This document shows, in pieces, positions 17,952 to 25,300 of a stretch of DNA of 48,789 bases. Made by a program: the position numbers and the translations under genes. The first letter of the stretch is position 1; each line of letters opens with the position of its first letter. Where the stretch lies: the NCBI GenBank assembly GCA_902796545.1, contig CADBPF010000051.1, forward strand, positions 1 to 48,789, written 5' to 3'. The stretch is from an uncultured Ruminococcus sp. Its GTDB lineage: Bacteria; Bacillota; Clostridia; Oscillospirales; SIG627. The notes under the pieces were generated by a model that saw only the letters and a program-made list of their open reading frames with translations, was not told the origin of the DNA and made no database searches.

Positions 17952-19346
17952 ATGTCCGTCAAAATCTGCGAAACCGTATTGCGGGACGCGCACCAGTCGC
18001 TGATGGCGACCCGTATGACGACCGAGGATATGCTTCCCGCGCTGGAAGCTCTGGACAAGGTCGGCTATCATTCTTTGGAGTGCTGGGGCGGCGCCACCTT
18101 CGACGCCTGCCTGCGTTTTTTGGACGAGGATCCCTGGGATAGACTGCGCACGATCCGCAAGCGCGTCAAAAACACGAAGCTGCAAATGCTCTTCCGCGGA
18201 CAGAATATCCTCGGATACCGGCATTACGCGGACGACGTGGTCGAATATTTCGTACAGCGTTCGATCGCAAACGGGATCGACATCATCCGCATTTTCGACG
18301 CGCTCAACGACAAGCGTAACTTAAAAGTCGCCATCGACGCCACCAAAAAAGAAGGCGGTCACGTGCAGGCGGCGTTTTCCTATACCACGAGCCCCGTCCA
18401 CACCAACGAGTATTTTGCCAAATTTGCAAAGGAACTCGAAGAAATGGGTGCGGACTCCATCTGCGTCAAGGATATGGCGGGCTTGCTGCGTCCCTATACC
18501 GCGTTTGAACTCGTCAAGCAATTAAAAGAAAGCGTTTCGATCCCGATCGAGATCCACACCCACTATACCGCGGGTCTTGCCTCCATGACGCTGGTAAAAG
18601 CGATCGAGGCGGGCGCCGATATCGTGGACTGCGCCATCTCGCCCTTCGCCATGGGCACGAGTCAGCCGCCGACGGAATCGATCGTCGCCGCCCTGCAGGG
18701 CACCGAATTCGACACCGGATTGGATCTGAAGGCCTTGGACGAGGTCGCGCAGATCTTCCAGCCGGAGCGCAAAAAATATCTGGAAAGCGGACTGATCGAC
18801 CCCAACGTCTTAAAGGTCAACGCCAACGCCCTGATCTATCAGGTGCCGGGCGGAATGCTCTCCAATCTGATGAAGCAATTGAAAGACGCGGGCAAAGAGG
18901 ACGCGCTCGAGGAAGTGCTCCGTGAGGTGCCGCGCGTGCGCGAGGACGCCGGTTTCCCGCCGCTCGTAACGCCCACGTCGCAGATCGTCGGCACCCAGGC
19001 GGTCTTGAACGTGATCGGCGGCGAGCGCTATAAGATGGTCACCAAGGAATTCAAGGGCATTATCCGCGGCGAATACGGGCAGACCCCCGTGCCGATCAAA
19101 CCGGAGTTCGTCAAACGGATCATCGGCGATGAAGAACGGATCACCTGCCGCCCCGCCGACAACCTAAAACCCGAACTCGACCGCCTGCGCTCGGAGATCG
19201 CCGAATACATCGAACAGGAAGAAGACGTGCTTTCCTACGCACTCTTTGAGCAGGTCGCGCTCAAGTTCTTTGAAAAGCGCAAAGCGAAAAAATACCGTCT
19301 TGACGCCGATCACATGGATGCTGAAAAACAGATCCATCCCGTGTGA
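17952..19346 (+). CDS. oxaloacetate decarboxylase alpha / pyruvate carboxylase subunit B type (5S) carboxyltransferase, without a biotinyl domain
   Basis: 464 aa. ETVLRDAHQSL, ECWGGATFD, ICVKDMAGLL (carbamyl-Lys motif), HTHYTAGL (metal site). It ends before any AMKM motif. Confidence 0.9.
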   Translation: MSVKICETVLRDAHQSLMATRMTTEDMLPALEALDKVGYHSLECWGGATFDACLRFLDEDPWDRLRTIRKRVKNTKLQMLFRGQNILGYRHYADDVVEYFVQRSIANGIDIIRIFDALNDKRNLKVAIDATKKEGGHVQAAFSYTTSPVHTNEYFAKFAKELEEMGADSICVKDMAGLLRPYTAFELVKQLKESVSIPIEIHTHYTAGLASMTLVKAIEAGADIVDCAISPFAMGTSQPPTESIVAALQGTEFDTGLDLKALDEVAQIFQPERKKYLESGLIDPNVLKVNANALIYQVPGGMLSNLMKQLKDAGKEDALEEVLREVPRVREDAGFPPLVTPTSQIVGTQAVLNVIGGERYKMVTKEFKGIIRGEYGQTPVPIKPEFVKRIIGDEERITCRPADNLKPELDRLRSEIAEYIEQEEDVLSYALFEQVALKFFEKRKAKKYRLDADHMDAEKQIHPV

Positions 19347-19360
19347 AACGGAAAACGGAC

Positions 19361-19392
19361 AAAAAAGCCGCCCGGCCGGGCGGCTTTTTTCG
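19361..19392. terminator. bidirectional terminator between the decarboxylase cluster and spo0A
   Basis: AAAAAAGCCGCCCGGCCGGGCGGCTTTTTT, a GC-rich palindrome at 19366-19385 with flanking A and T runs. Confidence 0.85.
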
Positions 19393-19399
19393 TTTTGAC

Positions 19400-20176
19400 T
19401 CAAACCACGATCCCGCGCAGCTTCAAGCGCAGATGATCCGCGATCATCGCAATGAATTCGGAATTGGTCGGTTTACCTTTGTTGTTCTGCACGGTATAAC
19501 CGAAAAAGGAATTGAGCACGTCCACGTCGCCTCTGTCCCAGGCAACCTCGATCGCGTGCCGGATCGCACGCTCCACGCGCGAGGAGGTCGTGTCGTATTC
19601 TTTTGCGACGGTCGGATACAATTTTTTCGTCACCTCGTTGATCACGTGCGTGTCCTCGACCGCCATCATAATCGCGCTGCGCAGATAGCGGTAGCCTTTG
19701 ATATGCGCGGGGATCCCGACCTGATGGATGATGCGCGTCACGTCGCCTTCCAGATCCACGGCGGCGTCCTTGACGGCGGGCGCGTCGGAGGCGGTCTTCT
19801 GATGCTCGTAGGTATAGCGGATCTTTTCCGCGAGATTGGCGTATTCAAAAGGCTTGATGATGCAATTCGATACGCCGGCGGCAAACACTTCTTCCAAAAG
19901 CTGTTTGTTCGCGATCGAGGTGACCAGGATGAATTTCGGCGGATATTTCATCTGCCGGCGCACCTCCCGCACGAGCGACGCGCAGTCCAGCCCCGGAAAC
20001 CACAGATCAAGCAAAACGATCTCCGGCTCCAACAGCTTGATCTGCGACAGGGCTTCCGGACCGTCACCCGTGTCGCCGACAACGTCAAAGCCGAGTTTTT
20101 CGAGATTCTCTCTGCACAAATAGCGGTAATCGCTTCCCGAATCGATAAGGTAAACTTTCAGCGCTTGTTCTTTCAT
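19400..20176 (-). CDS. spo0A: sporulation master regulator Spo0A
   Basis: 258 aa. Receiver domain ([17 protein letters not shown]) plus a Spo0A-specific C-terminus ([19 protein letters not shown]...[27 protein letters not shown]...[14 protein letters not shown]). Confidence 0.97.
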   Translation of the reverse strand: MKEQALKVYLIDSGSDYRYLCRENLEKLGFDVVGDTGDGPEALSQIKLLEPEIVLLDLWFPGLDCASLVREVRRQMKYPPKFILVTSIANKQLLEEVFAAGVSNCIIKPFEYANLAEKIRYTYEHQKTASDAPAVKDAAVDLEGDVTRIIHQVGIPAHIKGYRYLRSAIMMAVEDTHVINEVTKKLYPTVAKEYDTTSSRVERAIRHAIEVAWDRGDVDVLNSFFGYTVQNNKGKPTNSEFIAMIADHLRLKLRGIVV

Positions 20177-20215
20177 AATACCTGTCCCTTTCTTTGTAGT
20201 TTTCGGTCTGGTAAA

Positions 20216-20244
20216 ATATTACCATTTCTTACCAGATTTTACAA
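20216..20244 (-). promoter_or_regulatory. sigma-A type promoter for spo0A with TGGTAA/TTACCA half-sites around the -10
   Basis: On the minus strand: TTGTAA (20244-20239), 17 nt, TGgTAATAT (-10 at 20221-20216). CTGGTAA-N14-TTACCAG spans 20235-20208. Confidence 0.5.
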
Positions 20245-20344
20245 GTGCTTTCGCCGAAAAAATTTCCATTTTTTGGAATTTCGTGCTTTTGACGGTTCCT
20301 TTTATCGAGCGCACCGATCGGTTTGGGCAGGATCGCCAAAGCGT

Positions 20345-20351
20345 TGTCGAA
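20345..20351. promoter_or_regulatory. 0A-box (TGTCGAA) upstream of spo0A
   Basis: Exact TGTCGAA about 100 nt upstream of the candidate -35. Autoregulatory 0A boxes are known at Bacillus spo0A. A single 7-mer can occur by chance. Confidence 0.35.
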
Positions 20352-20375
20352 TTTTGTGTTCCGGTTTTGCGTAAA

Positions 20376-20407
20376 CGAAAAGCGGAGGGCAGATCCCTCC
20401 GCTTTTT
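20376..20407 (-). terminator. intrinsic terminator after spoIVB
   Basis: GCGGAGGG-cagat-CCCTCCGC (20382-20402). On the minus strand it is followed by TTTTCGTTT. Confidence 0.8.
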
Positions 20408-20410
20408 GCG

Positions 20411-21463
20411 TTAAGATGCGGCGACCATGCGGCCCATAAACGCGTCTTGCGTTTCCCGCAGCATATTCTCCGCGTAGATCCCGTAGCCGCGATCGGGGTG
20501 ATTCACGAGTACGTGCGTCAGCGCCCCGATCAGTTTGCCGTCCTGAATGATCGGGCTGCCGCTCATACCCTGTACGATCCCGCCGGTCAATTCCAAAAGC
20601 CTCGGATCGGTCACGGTCACGAGCAGGTTTTTCGTTTCGGATCGCGGGTTGCAGATCTCGCTGATCTCCGCCGCGTAGCTTTGCACGCCGTTTTGCGCAA
20701 CGTCGCAAAGGATTTCGGCGGCGCCTAAACGCACCTCGTCCTTTGCCGCGACCGGATACGCTTTTCCGAAATCGGGCGGCGCCTTCAAGGTGCCGTAAAC
20801 GCCGGTTAAATGATTGGATAATACCTGCCCGATCACGCCGCCCGTAAACGAGCATTGCAGTTCGCCGGGCGAGCCGCTCTGCCCTTTGACGACCTGATCT
20901 AATTTGACCCGGTTGATCTCGCCGTTTTTCACGGGCAGCAGCGTTTCGGTCTCCGTATCGCAGATCCCGTGTCCGAGCCCCGCAAAGGTGCCGTTTTCCG
21001 GATCGTAAAAGGTCATCGTGCCGACGCCCACCATCCGGTCTTTCACGTAGATCCCCGCGCGGTAGATGCCGTCGGCGTCCGCGCGTAGCGGAGTCAGCGA
21101 AAGCGTCGTCTCACGATTCTCGCGGCGGACCGTCAGGTCCGTCGCCTCCCCGCCGGACGCCGCGATCGCCTGGGCGAGCATCTGCGCGCCGGACACCTCG
21201 ATTCCGTTGATCTTCAGGATATCGTCGCCGGGGATGAGCCCCGCGTCTTCTCCGGGACTCACGACCCGTCCCTCGCTTTCAAACGGGGAAAGCGCGGTGA
21301 CGAGCACGCCGTCCGTTTTCACGTTGACGCCGAAGAGCCCTCCGAGCGCGACCAATTCTTTGTCCGATGCCGAAACGCGCATAGCGCCGGGATCCGAAAA
21401 CACACTCATCGCAAGCAAACAAAAAGCCCACAGGAACGCCGCAAAATTCCGTTTTACTCTCAT
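20411..21463 (-). CDS. spoIVB: SpoIVB signalling serine peptidase (S55, PDZ domain)
   Basis: 350 aa. Signal/anchor segment, PDZ (GDDILKINGIEV), and a peptidase S55 C-terminus (GGIVQGMSGSPIIQDGKLIGALTHVLVNHPDRGYGIY). spoIVB-spo0A adjacency matches Bacillus. Confidence 0.95.
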   Translation of the reverse strand: MRVKRNFAAFLWAFCLLAMSVFSDPGAMRVSASDKELVALGGLFGVNVKTDGVLVTALSPFESEGRVVSPGEDAGLIPGDDILKINGIEVSGAQMLAQAIAASGGEATDLTVRRENRETTLSLTPLRADADGIYRAGIYVKDRMVGVGTMTFYDPENGTFAGLGHGICDTETETLLPVKNGEINRVKLDQVVKGQSGSPGELQCSFTGGVIGQVLSNHLTGVYGTLKAPPDFGKAYPVAAKDEVRLGAAEILCDVAQNGVQSYAAEISEICNPRSETKNLLVTVTDPRLLELTGGIVQGMSGSPIIQDGKLIGALTHVLVNHPDRGYGIYAENMLRETQDAFMGRMVAAS

Positions 21464-21627
21464 CCTGTCACTTTTCCGTCTTTATTTCGGCCGATCAATG
21501 CACACTTTCGGCCGTTTTTACTATGCCACGAACGCGGCGTTTTCAATCAGACAAAGCGTACTAATTCCCATAAAAAATTCCAGCTCGGAAATCGGCGATA
21601 CTTTTTTTGCAAGGCTTTGCAAATCGC

Positions 21628-21672
21628 TTGAATTTTCCATAGTAATATGGTATAATTTTTCAAGTCTTGAAA
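21628..21672 (+). promoter_or_regulatory. sigma-A promoter (extended -10) plus palindrome at the start site of the surface-protein operon
   Basis: TTGAAT (21628-21633), 17 nt, TGgTATAAT (-10 at 21651-21656), followed by the palindrome TTTCAAG-t-CTTGAAA (21658-21672). Direct repeat TTTGCAA x2 lies upstream at 21606-21623. Confidence 0.6.
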
Positions 21673-21711
21673 CTTGGGACTCTATCAGCAAATCGAGAAA
21701 GGAACGTAACC

Positions 21712-22341
21712 ATGGCCAAAAAAATCAAATTCGGCCACAGCGCCGAAGAACTGCGCGAAAGCCGCGCCTCTTCCTCTACGAAGTATTGTGAATATGCCGT
21801 ACACAAGGACAAGACCTTCGGCACGTATCTTTTGAAGATCGCTCTGTTTTTGCTGCCGATCATCTGCGTGATCGGCCTGATCATCCTCTTGAACCAGATC
21901 CTCGGCAGCGGCGCCAGCGCGATCATCGGCGTTGCCGGCGGTTTGATCTTCGGTTCGATCGGTATCTATTTCATCTGGTATCTGCGCCGTTTTTCGGAAA
22001 TCGAATATGAGTATATCCTCTGCGACGGTCAGATGGAAATGGTCAAGATCTACGGCGGCGTCAAGCGCAAGATTTTGTTCCGCGAAAAGATTTTGGACAT
22101 GGATATCATCGCGCCGGCAAACGGCGAATGGGCGCAGCAGTATCACGAATATCTGGACGAAAGCAAATACGATAAAGTATTCCGCTGCTGCACCTCGATG
22201 CAGACGACCGATCTTTATTTTGCCTCGTTTACCCATGAAAAACTCGGCAAAACGCTCGTTTATTTCAACGGCATCAAGAAATCCGTCGATATTTTCCGTT
22301 ATCACAGCACTAAAACGGTGGTCAAGCCCGGCATTCTTTGA
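21712..22341 (+). CDS. membrane protein, two TM helices plus a cytoplasmic bacterial-PH-like domain (hypothetical)
   Basis: ATG 21712 (GAAAGGAA RBS). TM segments LLKIALFLLPIICVIGLIILL and AIIGVAGGLIFGSIGIYFIWY, then EYEYILCDGQMEMVKIYGG. No terminator precedes the next gene. Confidence 0.6.
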   Translation: MAKKIKFGHSAEELRESRASSSTKYCEYAVHKDKTFGTYLLKIALFLLPIICVIGLIILLNQILGSGASAIIGVAGGLIFGSIGIYFIWYLRRFSEIEYEYILCDGQMEMVKIYGGVKRKILFREKILDMDIIAPANGEWAQQYHEYLDESKYDKVFRCCTSMQTTDLYFASFTHEKLGKTLVYFNGIKKSVDIFRYHSTKTVVKPGIL

Positions 22342-22392
22342 TTTTTTCTCCAAAACCGTTTCAGAAAAGCAAAACAGATCCCGAGGTAGATT

Positions 22393-25300
22393 ATGTTGAA
22401 ACGTCTGATTTCGCTCGTTTGCAGCGCGATCTTCGTATTTGCGCTTTTGGCGCCTTTGAGCGTTTCCGCGGAAAGCGCGTCGTTTTCGCTTTCCGGCGGG
22501 AATATCATCATCGGCGCGGAAGGCGACGGATTGTTCGTAAGCGTCGGCGACTATCGCACCACGCTGCCTTCCGGCACGGAGATCGTGATCAACGGCTCCA
22601 ACACACCTACCTCGCATTCCATTCTGATCCGCGATAACGTCAACGCTTTCGTTACATTGTCCGGCGTACAGATCGAATCGACCGGCTTTTTGGTGGCGCC
22701 CTTGCAAATCTCGGACGCCGCCAGCGTCTGTCTGACGCTTTCCGGCGCGAATTCCCTGTCCGCTCCGCAGTATATGGCGGCGATCCAAACGAGCCGTTAT
22801 TCCAGTCTGCGCATCAACGGCAGCGGATCGCTGACCGCGCGCGGCGGCATGAGCGCCGCGGCGATCGGCGGCGGCTGGAAATCCGGCGTTCCGGGAACGC
22901 CCTGCGGTAATCTCACGATCGAAGGCTCCGTCACGATCTCCGCTTACGGCGGGGATTACGGCGCGGGTATCGGCGGCGGTGAGGCCGGTCGTTCCGGCAG
23001 GATCCGCATTTCGGACTCCGCCAAAGTGTACGCGCTCGGCGGCAAAGAAGCCGCCGGGATCGGTTCCGGATCCGGGTCGCGCGCCAAGAATATCGAGATC
23101 ATCGGGAACGCGATCGTGGAAGCCGCGGGCGGCGAAGGCGGCGCGGGCATCGGCAGCGGCAAAAGCGGCAACGCCTCCAAGATTGCGATTTCAGACAGCG
23201 CCTCCGTCCGGGCTGCGGGCGGAGATTCCGGTGCGGGCATCGGCTGCGGACAGGACGGGCGCGTTTCCATGATCACCGTGTCCGACGACGCGGTCGTTCG
23301 CGCGCGCGGCGCAAACGGCGCCGCGGCGATCGGCGCCGGGAAAAACGCTTCCCTGTCGGTCGGCGCGACGATCTCCGGTCACGCAAGCGTCTTTTGTATC
23401 GGCGGCAGCGGCGCCGCCGGTCTCGGGGGCAGTTCCGGGGCCGCCGGGATCTTAAGCGTGCTCGACTCCGCTTCGCTCGAAACCTACGGTGGTCAGAGCG
23501 GCGCGGGCATTGGCGGCGGCAAGGGCGGGAACGTTTCCGCGATCCGTCTTTCCGGCCGCGCGAGCGTCAGCGCTTACGGCGGGATCTACGCCGCGGGGAT
23601 CGGCACCGGCGAAAACGGCTCCTACGACAAGATCACCATTTCCGATCTCGCGTCCGTCCGCGCTTTGGGCGGCAAATACGGCGCGGGAATCGGCGGCGGC
23701 AAGACCTCCTCTTGCGGCACCTTGTCGATCTGCGGCGACGCGGTCGTGTACGCACAGGGCGGCAATTTCGGCGCGGGCGTCGGCACCGGCTCCAAAAACT
23801 CGCCGGACTACTGCCCGACCGCCGGCAACATTTATATTTACGATAACGCTTCTGTTCACGCCGCCGGCGGCAAGCACGGCGCGGGTATCGGCGGCGGTCT
23901 GTTTTCCTCCGGCGCCGTCTTATCGGTCTCCGACACCGCCACCGTGGATTCTTACAGCGATATGACGGTCTCCTCCGACCTCTCCACCACCGCGGTTTTA
24001 GCGGACTATTCGCTCGTGAACGCCGCAAAGAGCAAGATCCCGTCCGACCTCTCCCCCTATACCGAGCAAACCGTTGAGATCCTGAAGCTTGCGCTTTCGC
24101 AGGTCAAATACGATCTCCCCGTTTCCTCGCAGGCGGAGGTGGATGCGATGGCGGCGTCCATTGAGCGCGCGATCTCCATTTTAACGAAAAAGACCGAAGA
24201 GATCGTCTATTCTCTCAAACCCGAAAAAGAGAACTTTACCTACGAAGAGGACGTTACGATCGCCTTTGACGGGGCGACCAGCTCGAAAGACCGCGTCGTC
24301 GTCATGAAAAAAGGCGAAACGCTTCCCGACGGCACGGTGATCAAATCTTTCCCCTGCCTCGATCAGACCGGCAACGCGACGAAATCCGGAACGGTCAGCT
24401 TCCACGCCGACGAACTGGAGGAAGGCGAGTACGCGGTCTATCTGTCGCTCGGTATCACCGACACGGTCGTGGCGACCGCCTATTTTGCCGTTTCCGTCAC
24501 CGCGGATCCCGCAAACGAAGCGGATTATTCCGCCGTGGACGAGGCGGTCAATCTCGTTTCTACCTTAAAGGAATCCGACTACACGCCGGAATCCTGGTCG
24601 GTACTGCAAAACGCGATCACCATGGTCCAGGCGCATCTGCCGAAAGAGAAACAGGCGACCGTGGACGCCTTTGCGCAGAACGTCCAGAACGCGATCGCCG
24701 CGCTGGTCCCGGTCTCCTCGGTCGCGGGCACCGCTTCCCGCACTTATCGCGATGAAAGCGGCGCGCTGCAAACCTTCACGGTCTCGGCTTTGACGGCTCC
24801 GGTGACCGGCGCATCCGCGCCGAAACTCATTTTGCTCGGCGAAAGCGCCGGGATCCCCGCTTCCCCCGGCTGGGGCATGATCACGCTTGAACCCGGCAAC
24901 GTGGAGCAGGCGGGCGCGGACAGCGTCGTGAGCGCGATCAACCGCGTCGTTCCGGCAGAGGAGATCTCGGTCAACGAAAACGAATCCTTCGACGTATCTT
25001 CGATCGCCGCGAGCAATTTAGGCGCCGGCGCCGGTTGTGAAATGAACGGCGCGTTCCGGATCGTTCCGGGCGCCTCCGTCAACGGCTTTGCCGCGGATCT
25101 GACGATGACACTGCATTACGGCGCGTCGATCGGCTCTTATTCCTTTGCTTACGCCAACGGCAGCACGGTTTCCTTACCCGTGAATCCCTCCTGCCCCGGC
25201 TACCGTTTCAAATACTGGTCCACCGACGAAGCAGGCGCCAATCAGATCTCCGGATCCTTCACTTTAACGGCAAACGCCTCGTTCTACGCAAACTGGGAGG

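Noticed and set aside
20260-20300. Sigma-H promoter for spo0A (AAAGGAAC ... CGAAAT in gene orientation).
   Set aside because: The -10 reads GAAAT rather than GAAT, and the spacing does not fit RWAGGAXXT-N14-HGAAT.
21519-21545. Forespore (sigma-G/sigma-F) promoter for spoIVB: CATAGTA on the minus strand 56 nt upstream of the ATG.
   Set aside because: The -10-like element deviates from CATnHTA, and I found no acceptable GnATR -35 at 17-18 nt. The evidence is insufficient to call it.
22843-23960. The Gly-rich repeat region considered as a DNA-level tandem repeat/VNTR or recombination cassette.
   Set aside because: The units are well diverged at the nucleotide level and vary in length. The region is an ancient protein repeat rather than a hypervariable DNA repeat.
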